Source: Deltaproteobacteria bacterium (GTDB lineage Bacteria > Myxococcota_A > Polyangia > Polyangiales > Houyiibacteriaceae). From it: a stretch of DNA of 64,000 bases. Made by a program: the position numbers and the translations under genes. The stretch covers positions 160,001 to 224,000 of the forward strand of contig JAXMNT010000006.1 of NCBI GenBank assembly GCA_034670305.1, read 5' to 3'. Every line of letters starts with the position of its first letter. Positions within the stretch are counted from its first letter, which is position 1. The notes under the pieces were generated by a model. That model ran no database searches and was not told where the DNA came from. It was given only the letters and a program-made list of their open reading frames with translations. Below, in pieces: positions 27,711 to 38,699 of the stretch.

Positions 27711-27803
27711 CGCCCGCTGGCTCCGGTAGCCTCCACCTCCCGGGTTTCGGCACCGGATCTGCGAGACGCGTCCGCGATGAAGCGCAGATGGCCAGCAGCA
27801 GAG

Positions 27804-27940
27804 GCAGCGGCAGCTGCAGCGGCAGCGGCATTGGCAGCGGCAGCGGCAGAGACAGCGGCAGCGGCAGCGGCAGCGGCAGCTACAGCGGCAGCGGCAGCGG
27901 CAGCGGCAGCGGCAGCGGCAGCGGCAGCGACAGCGACAGC
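27804..27940 (+). repeat. (GCAGCG)n hexamer tract
   Basis: Read directly, about 22 units with variants. Confidence 0.93.
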
Positions 27941-28196
27941 CCATGCTCTCCTTCGGAGTCGCACGGTTTGTAGCCTCTCCTGCGGAAGTCGGCTCCTTCG
28001 TCCTTCGGACTCGGAGTGGCAGGGGTGGGCTTGCTGGCTCGGCGGCAACGTGTGGATGCGACGGAACTCCCCCCCACTCCCCCACAACTCCCCCCAACTC
28101 TCCCGAAACGAACCAGGAGCCAACGAGCACCACGCATCCAGCAGGAGAGCGGCGCGTGCGAGCACAAGGACAGGGGGGGGGTGTTTGGAGAACAAA

Positions 28197-28394
28197 GCCG
28201 AAGCCGACGCCGATGCCGATGCCGAAGCCGAAGCCGAAGCCGAAGCCGAAGCCGAAGCCGAAGCCGAAGCCGAAGCCGAATCCGAATCCGAAGCCGAAGC
28301 CGATGCCGATGCCGATGCCGAAGCCGATGCCGAAGCCGATGCCGATGCCGATGCCGATGCCGAAGCCGAAGCCGAGGCCGAAGCCGAAGCCGAT
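28197..28394 (+). repeat. (GCCGAA/GCCGAT)n hexamer tract T4
   Basis: 33 units read directly. Confidence 0.95.
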
Positions 28395-28432
28395 CGTTCG
28401 GGCACGGGCACGGGGACTGAGGCCCTGGCGCC

Positions 28433-29452
28433 TCAGTCGTCGCGTTCGGCGCGGAGCGGGCGGGTCATGAGGTCGACCATGGCTTCGCGGGCGGGCTGGT
28501 CTTCGTAGAGGATCTTGTAGACCTGGCGGGTGATCGGCATGTCGACCTCGAGCGCGAGCGCGAGCTCGTGGGCGCTCTGGGTGGTCTTCACCCCTTCGGC
28601 GACCATGCCGAGCTCGCCGAGGATCTGGCTCAGCGTCTTGCCTTGGCCGAGCGCGGTGCCGACCCGGCGGTTGCGGCTCAGATCGCCCGTGCACGTGAGC
28701 ACGAGATCGCCCATGCCCGAGAGGCCTGCGAGCGTCAGTGGATGTGCGCCGAGCTTCAGCGCGAGGCGTGAGAGTTCCGCCAGCCCGCGGGTGATGAGCG
28801 CGGCGCGGGTGTTGTGGCCCATGCCCATTCCGTCCGCGATGCCGGCCGCGATCGCGACGACGTTTTTCAGTGCGCCTCCGACCTCGACGCCGATCACGTC
28901 GTCGGTCGTGTAGACCCGGAACCGGTCCGTGTTGAAGTACGCCTGCACCCGTTCGGTGACGGCTTCGTCGTAGCCGGCGACACACACGGCGGTCGGCATG
29001 CCCTGCGCGACCTCTTTGGCGAACGACGGGCCGCCGAGGTAGGTGAGGCGGTGGTGTTCGGATTCTTCGAAGGCGTCTTCGAAGATCTGCGAGACGAGTT
29101 TGTGGGTGCCCTGTTCGATGCCTTTGGTGGCGCTGACCACAGCGGCCTTCTGCGGGATCATCGGCGCGAGCTGCGCCAGCAGGCCTCGGTTGGCTTCGGT
29201 CGGTACGACCACGACGGCCAGGTCGATCCCTTCGGCAGCGGCGGCGAGGTCGTTCGTGGCGGTGAGGGTGGCGGGGAGGGCGACGCCTTGGAGGTAGTCG
29301 GGGTTGGTGCGCGTCTTCTGGATCGCGGCGGCGTGGTCGGCTCTGCGCGACCAGAGGCGGGTGGCGTAGCCCTGGTCGGCGAGCAGTTTCGCGAGCGCGG
29401 TGCCCCACGAGCCGGCGCCGAACACGCCGATGGTGTGCGTCTTGTCGGTCAT
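28433..29452 (-). CDS. gpsA: NAD(P)H-dependent glycerol-3-phosphate dehydrogenase
   Basis: Motifs [54 protein letters not shown]. Confidence 0.97.
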   Translation of the reverse strand: MTDKTHTIGVFGAGSWGTALAKLLADQGYATRLWSRRADHAAAIQKTRTNPDYLQGVALPATLTATNDLAAAAEGIDLAVVVVPTEANRGLLAQLAPMIPQKAAVVSATKGIEQGTHKLVSQIFEDAFEESEHHRLTYLGGPSFAKEVAQGMPTAVCVAGYDEAVTERVQAYFNTDRFRVYTTDDVIGVEVGGALKNVVAIAAGIADGMGMGHNTRAALITRGLAELSRLALKLGAHPLTLAGLSGMGDLVLTCTGDLSRNRRVGTALGQGKTLSQILGELGMVAEGVKTTQSAHELALALEVDMPITRQVYKILYEDQPAREAMVDLMTRPLRAERDD

Positions 29453-29551
29453 GGGCGGCAGCCTACCAAAGACCGCACGGCGCGGTGGGGTGGTCGAGTG
29501 CGCACCCCGCGCTCCTCACGAGTCGACCCGTGAAGGCCGAGGACGCTGGGT

Positions 29552-31966
29552 TCAGGCGGTGGTGGGCGTCGCGGCCGGCTTCTTGTCGGCCGGTTTGTCG
29601 CTGCTGTCGCTGAGATCGAGTTGGAGCGAGTCGGGATCGATCAGGGCGTTGGCGAGGACTTCGTCCATCTTCTTCACCGGGACGAACTCGAGGGTCGTGC
29701 GGACCTCGTCGGGCACGTCTTCGAGGTCGGCCATGCAGCGCTCCGGAAGGATCACGCGCTTGATGCCCGCGCGGTGGGCCGCGAGGATCTTCTCTTTCAC
29801 ACCGCCGACCGGAAGCACGCGACCACGCAGGGTGATCTCGCCGGTCATCGCGACGTCGTGCCGGACCCGGAGGCCGGTGAGGAGGGAGACGAGCGCGGTC
29901 ATCATGGTGACGCCGGCGCTCGGGCCGTCCTTGGGCATGCCGCCCGCGGGGATGTGGATGTGGATGTCGCTCTTCTCGAGGAAGTCGACCGGGATGCCGA
30001 AGTCGGTGGCGCGGGTGCGCACGTAGCTCATCGCCGCCTGGGCCGACTCTTTCATCACGTCGCCGAGCTGGCCGGTGAGTTGCAGCTTGCCGGTGCCGTG
30101 CATCTTCGTGCACTCGATGAAGAGGATTTCTCCGCCGACCGAGGTCCAGGCGAGGCCGGTGGCGACGCCGCTTTCGCTCGTGCGTTCGGCGACTTCGCTG
30201 CTGAAGCGCGGGGCGCCGAGGAAGGGCTTGAGCGCCGCTTCGTCCGCGATCTCGAAGGGTCCCATGTCGCCTTCAGCGACCTTCACTGCGATGCCGCGGA
30301 CCACGCCGGCGATCTTGCGCTCGAGGTTTCGAACGCCCGCTTCGCGCGTGTACGAGTCGATGATCGACTCGAGCGCCGGGTCGAGGACCGAGATCTGCTC
30401 CGGCTTGAGTCCGTGCTCGTCGACCTGCTTCGGCATGAGGTGGACCTTCGCGATGTCCAGCTTCTCCTTGCGGGTGTAGCCGGGGATCTCGATGATCTCC
30501 ATGCGGTCGCGCAGCGGCGCCGGGATCGTGTCGCCGACGTTCGCGGTGGCGATGAACATGACCTTGGAGAGGTCGTAGGGAATCTCCAGGTAGTGATCGC
30601 TGAACGTGTCGTTCTGCTCCGGGTCGAGCACTTCGAGCAGCGCCGCAGCCGGGTCTCCACGGAAGTCGCGGCCGACCTTGTCGATCTCGTCGAGCATGAA
30701 GATCGGGTTGATGGTCCCGGTCTTCTTCATGCCCTGGATGACCTGGCCGGGGAGGGCGCCGACGTAGGTGCGGCGGTGGCCGCGAATGGCGGCTTCGTCG
30801 TGCACGCCACCGAGGCTGATGCGGTGAAAGCGGCGACCGAGGGCGCGGGCGACCGAGCGACCGAGCGAGGTCTTGCCGACGCCGGGCGGACCGATGAGGC
30901 AGAGGATCGGCCCCTTCTTGTCCTTCTTCAGCTTGCGGACGGCGAGGTACTCGACGATGCGCTTTTTGACCTTCTCGAGGCCCGAGTGGTCTTCGTCCAG
31001 CACCCGGCGCACCTGGGGGATGTCCAGGTTGTCGGTGGTCTCTTTCGACCACGGAATGTCGAGGATCCAGTCGATGTAGGTCCGGACGACCGTGTACTCC
31101 GCCGAACCGACCTGCATCTGGCGGAGGCGCTTGAGTTGCTTGCGGGCGACCTTGTCGGTCTCCTTCGGGAGCTCGGCTTTGGTCAGGCGCTCTTCGAGCA
31201 CGTCGAGATCGGTCGAGTCGCCGTCCTCTTCACCAAGCTCTTCGCGGATCGCTTTGAGCTGCTGGCGCAAGACGTACTCGCGCTGGTTCTTCCCCATCTC
31301 CTCTTTGATCTGGGAGTTGATGCGCTCCCGCATCTTGAGGATCTCGAGCTGCCGCGTGAGGAGCCGGAGCACCTTGCGGATGCGGTCCTTGGCGTCGATG
31401 GTCTCGAGCAACTGGGCCTTCTCGTCCACCGGGGCGTCGAGGTTGGCGGCGACCAGGTCGGCGAGCTGCCCAGGCTCCTGGATCGAGTCGATGAGGGAAC
31501 TCGCTTCGCGCGGGAGCTCCGGCATCAGCTGAATCACCTGCTTGGCGATGTCGCGCAGGCTCATCGCGAGGGCTTCGGCCTCGACGTCGTCTGCTTTCGG
31601 CTCTTCGAGCTTCGACGTGCGCGCTTTGAGGTAAGGCTCGTTCTGCTGAAGGCTCTCGAGCCGCACCCGCATGAGTCCCTGGAGAATCAGGCTGTAGTTG
31701 CCGCTCGAATGTTTGAGGGCCTTGAGCACCCGCGCGGCCACACCCACGGGGTAGAGGTCTTCGTGCGCTGGATCGTCGGTCGCGGGATCGCGCTGGGCGA
31801 AGATGGCGATGACCGGCTGATCGAGGTTCTCGATGTCCTGGACGAGGGCGACGGACTTCTCGCGGCCTACATCGAAAGGGGCCACCGCACCGGGGAAAAG
31901 AACTGCGTTCCGGATCGGTAGAACAGGCAGCTCGTCATCAAAATCGAGGGCGTCGTCGTTTGCCAT
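29552..31966 (-). CDS. lon: ATP-dependent Lon protease (La)
   Basis: LON N-domain; [19 protein letters not shown]; catalytic PKDGPSAG and GGVKEK. Confidence 0.97.
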   Translation of the reverse strand: MANDDALDFDDELPVLPIRNAVLFPGAVAPFDVGREKSVALVQDIENLDQPVIAIFAQRDPATDDPAHEDLYPVGVAARVLKALKHSSGNYSLILQGLMRVRLESLQQNEPYLKARTSKLEEPKADDVEAEALAMSLRDIAKQVIQLMPELPREASSLIDSIQEPGQLADLVAANLDAPVDEKAQLLETIDAKDRIRKVLRLLTRQLEILKMRERINSQIKEEMGKNQREYVLRQQLKAIREELGEEDGDSTDLDVLEERLTKAELPKETDKVARKQLKRLRQMQVGSAEYTVVRTYIDWILDIPWSKETTDNLDIPQVRRVLDEDHSGLEKVKKRIVEYLAVRKLKKDKKGPILCLIGPPGVGKTSLGRSVARALGRRFHRISLGGVHDEAAIRGHRRTYVGALPGQVIQGMKKTGTINPIFMLDEIDKVGRDFRGDPAAALLEVLDPEQNDTFSDHYLEIPYDLSKVMFIATANVGDTIPAPLRDRMEIIEIPGYTRKEKLDIAKVHLMPKQVDEHGLKPEQISVLDPALESIIDSYTREAGVRNLERKIAGVVRGIAVKVAEGDMGPFEIADEAALKPFLGAPRFSSEVAERTSESGVATGLAWTSVGGEILFIECTKMHGTGKLQLTGQLGDVMKESAQAAMSYVRTRATDFGIPVDFLEKSDIHIHIPAGGMPKDGPSAGVTMMTALVSLLTGLRVRHDVAMTGEITLRGRVLPVGGVKEKILAAHRAGIKRVILPERCMADLEDVPDEVRTTLEFVPVKKMDEVLANALIDPDSLQLDLSDSSDKPADKKPAATPTTA

Positions 31967-32121
31967 GCGGTGCTCAGGGTGCGCTGGGTGGAGCGCACGG
32001 GAAATTTGAAGTGAGGCCGGAGGTTCACGAGAGCCGCGAACCTCTGCGGAACATAGTCAGACCCCCAACGGGGTGCAATACGCGTGTGGTCCGGGCGGCC
32101 TGGCGCCAGCCCGAAGCGCCG

Positions 32122-33261
32122 CTACTTCTCGTCCCAGGCGACTTCCGCGAGGGACGCGCCCAGGCGGTGGCTGCTGGTCACCGAGATCCGGATGCGTTCC
32201 ACATCGTCGAATTCTGCGGGGTGGGACACCCATTCGGGGGCCGGGGCCAAGCGCTCGAACTCGCCTTCGATCTCGGTGAGCTTGTTGCCCGAGCTGTCGA
32301 AGAGCTCGATCTTGTAGCCCTTCACAGCGCGATCGTTGTAGTGCCGGTTGTGTCCGTTGAGGATGCGCACCGCGCTGATCGAGCGCGCCGGCGACAGACG
32401 GCCTTCGACCCAGCCGGTCTGGCGGTCGTTGAGCAGCCACTCGGTGTGCTCGTCGCCGTCGAACACGTTGTCCGGTGAGAACTGCGCGTCGTTCCGGTAG
32501 AAGGCGCTGGCGGTCGAGAAGACCCGGTGGGGCGTCCGGACCATCAGCCACGTGCCCACCAGACACGCTGCGATCACGGTCGCCGTGGTCGCCCAGCGCT
32601 GCATGCGGCGCCAGCGGATCTGCCCGAGCGTCATCGACGCGCTGGAGAGCACCCGATCCACGTCCTGACGGCCGCGGCTCACATCCTTGTAGAGCTCGGC
32701 GTGCGCAGCCGATACGGCGCCATCCAGTGCGGGCAGTGCGGCTTCGCTGAGCGACGCCTTCGACATCTTCACCCGCTCGAGCCGCTCCGCATCGAGCCCC
32801 CGCGCCCGAAGCACGGTCTTCCAGTCGGCGAACGCATCGGGTTCGGCTTCGGCTTCGGCTTCGACTTCGGCTTCGGCTTCGGAGTCGGAGTCGGCTTCGG
32901 AGTCGGCTTCGGGTTCAGCGCCGGCGTCGGCTTCGGCGTCGGCTTCGGAGTCGGTTTCGGAGTCCGGCTCATCGGCGTCGTCCAACGCTTCGGCGATCGC
33001 GGCGACCGGCGTCTTCTTCACCGGGCCACCCACCCCGAGCGCTTCGGCTGCACCGAGCGTGCACTCGAGTGCATCCACCGCGAGGCGCAGTCCTTCGGCC
33101 GCATGGCCGTTGGACCAAAGCGCTTCGGCTGCATCGGCGCGCTGCCGACCGAGCGCCAGCCCCTCCGCCACGGCTTCACGCGCGGACGCGGGACGGCCCT
33201 TCGCCTCTTCGGCGGCCTGTTTGAGGAGGAACCACTCCTTCACCCGTGCGGCGATGGCCAT
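32122..33261 (-). CDS. membrane protein: helical N-domain with acidic AE/AD insert, one TM, C-terminal discoidin/F5-8-type-C-like domain
   Basis: ASAFY...[14 protein letters not shown]...ISAVRILNG...ASLAEVAW is discoidin-like. ATG start at 33261. Confidence 0.78.
   Translation of the reverse strand: MAIAARVKEWFLLKQAAEEAKGRPASAREAVAEGLALGRQRADAAEALWSNGHAAEGLRLAVDALECTLGAAEALGVGGPVKKTPVAAIAEALDDADEPDSETDSEADAEADAGAEPEADSEADSDSEAEAEVEAEAEAEPDAFADWKTVLRARGLDAERLERVKMSKASLSEAALPALDGAVSAAHAELYKDVSRGRQDVDRVLSSASMTLGQIRWRRMQRWATTATVIAACLVGTWLMVRTPHRVFSTASAFYRNDAQFSPDNVFDGDEHTEWLLNDRQTGWVEGRLSPARSISAVRILNGHNRHYNDRAVKGYKIELFDSSGNKLTEIEGEFERLAPAPEWVSHPAEFDDVERIRISVTSSHRLGASLAEVAWDEK
32836..32966 (-). 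repeat. in-frame hexamer tract T5 encoding an AE/AD/SE acidic linker
   Basis: Same (NCCGAN) units, here inside a CDS. Confidence 0.85.
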
Positions 33262-33329
33262 CGGGCCGGCTCTTACCACGATGTGGGTCCGGGACAAAGC
33301 AAACCAAGTCCGCGGTGTGTCGTCCCAAC

Positions 33330-35393
33330 TCAGCGGTCGAAGTAGACGTCTCGGTCGAAGTCCCGGTAGAGGTCGTAGTTCGTCTCGTAGTTCATGACGA
33401 ATCGCCCGCAAATCACGGTGACGAGCACCAGGGAGCACACCATGGCGCCGCGCGCGAAACGCTGGAAGCCGTGGGTGGGCCAGACCTGCACGAGTCCCCA
33501 AGGCGCGAGGAGCAGCGCGGTCAGGCCAGTGACGATCCAGCGCAGCTCGCCCCAGTTGTTGGGCTGCTTCATCCACGCCGGCTCGACCGCAAAGTTCATC
33601 GTGTAGAGGACCAGCACGACGCCGATGAGGGTGCCTTTGAAGAGATCGGGGCGGCGCCAGGCTTCGGCGAGGAAGCGGCCGCAGCCGAGACAGAGCCAAG
33701 GATAGAGCGGCACGATGTACCAGCCGAAGGTCCAGTTGCCGGTCCCGATGGTGATCGCGCCGAGGTAGGTGAGCAGCGGGATGGCAACGTAGGAAGAGCG
33801 TTTCCACGAGCGGCCGACGTGCGCGGCGGTGGTGCCGAGCCAGAGGAAGAGGATCCAGCCGCGGCCGATCACGCTGTGGTTGATCAGCGTCACGTCGAAC
33901 CAGCGCATGAAGATGTTGAAGTGGAGCGGCCGGGTGCCCTGCTTCTCGGTCGCGTAGACGAACGTGCTCCAGTCGATGACGGCGCCGAAGAGCAAGAAGA
34001 GCCCACCGGTCGCGATGCCGGCGGTGGCGACGATCAGCGTCGCGCGAAGCCGCTCCTCACGCGGCAGGGCGAGCGCGAGCATGATGACCGCGAGCACGTA
34101 CGCCGCGCCGGTGACCTTCGCGAGTGCACACATCCCGGCGAGCACGCCGCACATGACGAGTGCGCGGGTCTTGCCGTGTTCTCGCCACCGTAAGAAACAC
34201 CAGACCGCGCCCAGGGAGAGCGTGCCGAGCAGGGCCTCTTCTTTGATGACCCGCGTCTGCAGAACGATCGTGGGTAAGATCGCGTAGAGCAGTGCACCGA
34301 ACCACGGGGCCGGACCGTGGGGGTCGACCCGGCGCCCGACCAGGAAGAGCAGCAGCAGCGTGGGTATGCACAGCAGGACCGGCACCAGACGCGTGTGTTT
34401 GAGTTTGCTGTGCGCGTAATGCTCGGCACCACCGAGGTGCGCCGCCGCGCCGACCAGCACGTGGGTGAGCGGCGGGTGTTCGAAGTAGGGCTGGATGATC
34501 GCCCAGTCGAGTCCGAAGTACTGAAGCCGCTCGTGGTGCACCCGGCCGCCGTAGATCGGCGCCCACAGGGACCAGCCGCGGGTCTCGCCACTCTCGAGCA
34601 GCTGCCATCCGTTCCACGTCGCGAAGAGTTCGTCACCGTTCTCGCGAAAGTCCGGCATGACGTCGTAGTCGTAGAGCCGGAACCCGAGGCCGAGGACCAG
34701 GATGCCCGCGAGGGCGATGCCGCCGAGGATGCGGACGCGGCCCTTCAGCGACGCGGCGCGTGCGCGGTAGAACGCCGCCCCGAGGCCCAGAGCAGCGAGC
34801 ATCATCAAGACCCAGAGCCACACCCGGCTCTTCGGCCAGCGGGTGTCTGGTGCGAAGAGTTTCGCGGGCACCTCGTCGCAGCTCTCGCCGCGACAGAGTT
34901 CCCAGCCGAGCCGGATCCCGGAGCGCTGGAAGTCGCCCGACCAGTCCACCACCAAGCGGTGGTCTCCGACCTCGAGGGTGCGTTCGCTGCGAAGGGTTTC
35001 TCCGTCGAGCGTCACTCGGACACGGTTCGAGCCACGCACGGCCAGCCGGTACCCTGAGCGCGGAACCGTCAGGGTGGTTCGCAGTTGGGCACGAAAGGGA
35101 AAGAGCTGGGCTGGGATCCCATCGCGCTCGAAGTTCCAACCTTGGATGTAGCGGCTGAGTGCTCGGCGTTCGTTCGGAAACTGGGCGCGGTGTTCGACCG
35201 TGTGATCGACGACGCGCCATTCGCCGTCGACCTCGGCGCGCCAGGTGGCGTCCACGCCGTGGGCGAGGTGTCCGTCGACGAGGACAGCGGTGGCGACGAC
35301 CGCGACGAAGGCGAGGGCACCCCACACGGCCGCGGGCCGGTTCAGGGTTCGCGTTCGGGGCGCGCGGGGTGGGGGGGTGACGGCCGGCGCCAT
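33330..35393 (-). CDS. ArnT/PMT-like (GT-C fold) membrane glycosyltransferase with N-terminal PA14-like periplasmic domain
   Basis: Many TMs; loop motif ENGDELF; YFEHPPL (ArnT EKPPL-like); LAKVTG. Confidence 0.82.
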   Translation of the reverse strand: MAPAVTPPPRAPRTRTLNRPAAVWGALAFVAVVATAVLVDGHLAHGVDATWRAEVDGEWRVVDHTVEHRAQFPNERRALSRYIQGWNFERDGIPAQLFPFRAQLRTTLTVPRSGYRLAVRGSNRVRVTLDGETLRSERTLEVGDHRLVVDWSGDFQRSGIRLGWELCRGESCDEVPAKLFAPDTRWPKSRVWLWVLMMLAALGLGAAFYRARAASLKGRVRILGGIALAGILVLGLGFRLYDYDVMPDFRENGDELFATWNGWQLLESGETRGWSLWAPIYGGRVHHERLQYFGLDWAIIQPYFEHPPLTHVLVGAAAHLGGAEHYAHSKLKHTRLVPVLLCIPTLLLLFLVGRRVDPHGPAPWFGALLYAILPTIVLQTRVIKEEALLGTLSLGAVWCFLRWREHGKTRALVMCGVLAGMCALAKVTGAAYVLAVIMLALALPREERLRATLIVATAGIATGGLFLLFGAVIDWSTFVYATEKQGTRPLHFNIFMRWFDVTLINHSVIGRGWILFLWLGTTAAHVGRSWKRSSYVAIPLLTYLGAITIGTGNWTFGWYIVPLYPWLCLGCGRFLAEAWRRPDLFKGTLIGVVLVLYTMNFAVEPAWMKQPNNWGELRWIVTGLTALLLAPWGLVQVWPTHGFQRFARGAMVCSLVLVTVICGRFVMNYETNYDLYRDFDRDVYFDR

Positions 35394-35471
35394 GGCGGGG
35401 GCGGAGGATAGCGGGGGGAGCCGGGGCTACAAGTGGGATCTTTCGATGAAATCGGCGAAGTCGATGGGACA

Positions 35472-35707
<236 letters not shown>

Positions 35708-35770
35708 AGCGTTTATCCCGGGCAGGCGTTTGGGGGCGGTTGGCGGTATGGTCCGCGCGCAGTGGCGCGT

Positions 35771-37762
35771 ATGGGGAGAATGCGGAGGGTCGGGCGCTGG
35801 GTGCGCGACTCGTTCGAGCGGGTGCGGAGGCGGCGGTTGGCGGTCCAGGGCATGCTCGTGGTGCTCGTTGGCTACACCGTCATGTCGCTCGCGACGCCCA
35901 TGCCGGTCGCGCTGCATGGGGACGGTTGGTACACGTATCTGTGGGCGCGCACGATCGTGTTCGACGGCGACATCGACTTCGCCAACGACTACGAGATCTG
36001 CGGCGACCCGTGGGACCTGCGGAACAACCCGGTCGGCGACAACCTCAACTACTGGAACCCGGGACCAGCGCTCTTCTGGGTGCCCATCCTCGCGTTCGAC
36101 CGGGCGACCCATCACCCTGCGCTCGACTCGGCCGACCCGCACGAGGCGCTCGCGTGCCGTGGGCCGATGGGGGAGCGGGCGGTGCGGGGCACGGTGCTCG
36201 CGGGCATCCTTACGGCGCTCTTCGGGCTGGTGGTGGCGCGGCGGCACTTCGGCGACGGCGCGGCGGTGGCGGGCGCGCTCGGCATCGCCTTCCTCGGGCC
36301 ACTTCTCTACTACTCCACGATCCTCGTGAGCTACGGCCACGCCGCGTCGAGCTGCGCGGCGGGCTTGGCGTTCCTCGGATGGGAGCGTTGGCGAAGTCGC
36401 GGCGACCCGCGCGCGGCGCCGAGCGGTGCGCGCTGGAGCGACGCGCCCTGGACGCGGTGGGCGGTCATGGGCGGGCTCTTCGGGTTCGCGATGTTGAGCC
36501 GCGCGCAGAACGCGGTGCTCGTGCTCCTGCCGTTCGGAAGCTGGGTCGCGGTCGCCTGGCAGATCGGACGCGCACCGGCTCCGCGGGCACGATTGATCCG
36601 CCATGTGTGCGCGGGGATCGCGTTCACCGCGGCGCTGCTCTTGGTCTTCTTTCCGCAGATCTGGTTCTGGCACCAGACCACCGGCAGCTGGATCACCGTC
36701 CCGCAGGGCTCGGGCTACATGCGGTGGGCGCACTCGATGTGGCACAAGTCGCTCTTCTCTTCGCAGGGCCTCTTCGCGTGGAGCCCGGTGCACTACCTCT
36801 CGCTCTTCGGGTTCATCGCGCTCGCATGCCGCGTCCGCAGCCGCACCCTCGGACTCTCGCTCCTCTTCTTGTTTGCGGTCGAGAGCTACGTCGTCGGCGC
36901 GGCGTACGACTGGAACGGGAGCGTCGGGTTTCCCGGTCGGCGCTTCGACGCGATGGCGGTGCCGTTCATGTTCGGGCTCGCCGCGTTCGCGGCAGAGGTC
37001 GCGCGGTGGAGTCGTCGCCGCTCGGGCCGCATGCCGGGGTTGGCGGCCACCGTTGCGTTCGTCGCGCTTTTCGGTTGGTCCCTGAGCGTCACGCTTGGTG
37101 CGGCGCGCGCGCTTCGCACCGACACCGCGCGCCCGTCGACCGAAGCGTGGGCCGACACCTTCACGCGTTTGCCGCCGAAGGTGCACCGGTCGTTGGGCAA
37201 CCCACTCACCTGGCCCGCGTCGTTGCCCTTCGCTTGGTTCTACGACGCGCATCCCTCGCGCTGGGATGTGGTGGGCGGGCCGGAGCTCTTTCATCACGAC
37301 GAGCGCTCGCTGAACTACCGGCCCGGCTCTTCGACGGTGGTGATGAACTCGCCGACCGCCGCCGCCTACTTCGACGACGCGGTGCAGTCCGAACACGAAC
37401 GCCGCACCGGCTTCCGATTCGGCCCGGGGGTCCACCGGATGCTGCTCCCCATCCACTGGCCGGACGTGGGCGCATTGCAGTGGACGGTCACCCCGGTGAC
37501 CGAGGGGGCCAAACTCGGCGTCTCGGTCGGCCCCGTGCGGCTCGGCACCCAGCGCGTGGCGGCGCCCGGTCAGCGGCTCCGGTTCACGACGCCGCTCGGT
37601 GCGTTCGAGCAGGGCATCAACGGGGTGTACCTCTGGGTCGAGGGCGTGGTGCTCATCGAGCAGCTGCAGATCCTCGACACCGATCCACCACCGAGCGAAG
37701 GCGCCCGCATCGAGAACGACCGGCTGCGAAGACTGCGCGACGAAGCCCGACAGGGGCGGTAG
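35771..37762 (+). CDS. putative GT-C fold multi-TM glycosyltransferase
   Basis: [26 protein letters not shown] first loop; SRAQN; GLFAWSP; W[11 protein letters not shown]. Start uncertain (35762-35780). Confidence 0.75.
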   Translation: MGRMRRVGRWVRDSFERVRRRRLAVQGMLVVLVGYTVMSLATPMPVALHGDGWYTYLWARTIVFDGDIDFANDYEICGDPWDLRNNPVGDNLNYWNPGPALFWVPILAFDRATHHPALDSADPHEALACRGPMGERAVRGTVLAGILTALFGLVVARRHFGDGAAVAGALGIAFLGPLLYYSTILVSYGHAASSCAAGLAFLGWERWRSRGDPRAAPSGARWSDAPWTRWAVMGGLFGFAMLSRAQNAVLVLLPFGSWVAVAWQIGRAPAPRARLIRHVCAGIAFTAALLLVFFPQIWFWHQTTGSWITVPQGSGYMRWAHSMWHKSLFSSQGLFAWSPVHYLSLFGFIALACRVRSRTLGLSLLFLFAVESYVVGAAYDWNGSVGFPGRRFDAMAVPFMFGLAAFAAEVARWSRRRSGRMPGLAATVAFVALFGWSLSVTLGAARALRTDTARPSTEAWADTFTRLPPKVHRSLGNPLTWPASLPFAWFYDAHPSRWDVVGGPELFHHDERSLNYRPGSSTVVMNSPTAAAYFDDAVQSEHERRTGFRFGPGVHRMLLPIHWPDVGALQWTVTPVTEGAKLGVSVGPVRLGTQRVAAPGQRLRFTTPLGAFEQGINGVYLWVEGVVLIEQLQILDTDPPPSEGARIENDRLRRLRDEARQGR

Positions 37763-37971
37763 ACCATGTCGGTTTCGACCGACCGCGCGCTGAGATGCTC
37801 TGCGCACGTCGCTTCAAGAAGATCTCTATGCGGTTGGAGAGACTTCGTTGGTTGGACGTGGGCGGCCGAACGGATCTGCGCGGTGACGCGATCGAGAGCG
37901 TGCCGGATTCAGTCGCCGCCGCCATGCGCGCCGCCGGCTGGCCTCGCTGAGCGCGCTGGCTGTCTCCGCGG

Positions 37972-38679
37972 TCAGCGCGAGGTGGTCTGTGTCGCGTCGA
38001 CACAGCAGCGCACGCCCTGGCCGGACCACGCCTCTTCGGTTGGCTGATGGCTCGGCTGGTAGGTGCACCGCGCGTAGCTCTCCGGGGTGCCGAACGAACC
38101 ACCGATGGTCTCCCGCAGGTCGCCGCTCGCGTCGGTGTCCGACAGCCACTCGCCGAGGTTGCCCGCCAAGTCGTACACGCCTTCGGGCGTGACGCAGCCG
38201 GTGCGCGCACCGCCTGGCTCGAGCGACGACTGACTGACGCCTTCTTCGAAGGTGGCGTCGTTGCAGCGGCCCGGCTCGTGTTCCGTGCCGTAGGGGAAGG
38301 TGCGGGCGTCGCGCCCGCCGCAGGCGCGTTGCCATTCGCGCCGGGTGCAGAGCCGGAAGCCCGAGGTGCGGCACAAGCGGTCTGCGTCCTGCCAGCTCAA
38401 GGCATCGGTCGGAAGTTCGCCGCGCGCGGGCACGGTGGTGCCGCGTTGCACCCGGACCTCGTACCGATCGATGCACGCTTCCATGCCCGGGATGAGCGCC
38501 ATGCGATCGGGGCAGGTGGGCACGGTCGGACCGGACGCGGACGGCCCCGACGGCTCGCACCCAAGCGAGCCCACGGTGACGAACGCGGCCACGACCAGCA
38601 GTGCTTGCTTCGGGAGTCGCAGTCGCAGTGCTGGCTTCGGGAGTCGCAGTGCTGGCTTTGGAAATCGCAGTCGAAACAA
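37972..38679 (-). CDS. FGE-sulfatase (SUMF1/EgtB/PvdO-like) domain lipoprotein
   Basis: CIDRYEV, RLCTRREWQRAC, FPYG, GVYDLAGNLGEW, GVRCC; lipobox SLGC. Start uncertain. Confidence 0.88.
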   Translation of the reverse strand: MFRLRFPKPALRLPKPALRLRLPKQALLVVAAFVTVGSLGCEPSGPSASGPTVPTCPDRMALIPGMEACIDRYEVRVQRGTTVPARGELPTDALSWQDADRLCRTSGFRLCTRREWQRACGGRDARTFPYGTEHEPGRCNDATFEEGVSQSSLEPGGARTGCVTPEGVYDLAGNLGEWLSDTDASGDLRETIGGSFGTPESYARCTYQPSHQPTEEAWSGQGVRCCVDATQTTSR

Positions 38680-38699
38680 ACGCAGCTCAGCGACTCAGA

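Noticed and set aside
26322-29408. Very long alternative-frame or antisense ORFs (also 38601-42107, 51192-54452, 29621-31921)
   Set aside because: Typical high-GC shadow ORFs overlapping well-supported genes, with R/G/A/P-biased composition and no motifs.
37795-37950. Short ORF MLCARRFKKISMRLERLRWLDVGG... with a faint leucine-rich-repeat look
   Set aside because: Only 51 aa, a single partial motif and no clear RBS. It may be a remnant but cannot be supported.
38612-38675. 21-bp repeats at the start of the FGE-domain gene (RLPKPAL x2-3)
   Set aside because: Short local duplication in the signal-peptide n-region. It makes the start uncertain but implies no separate feature.
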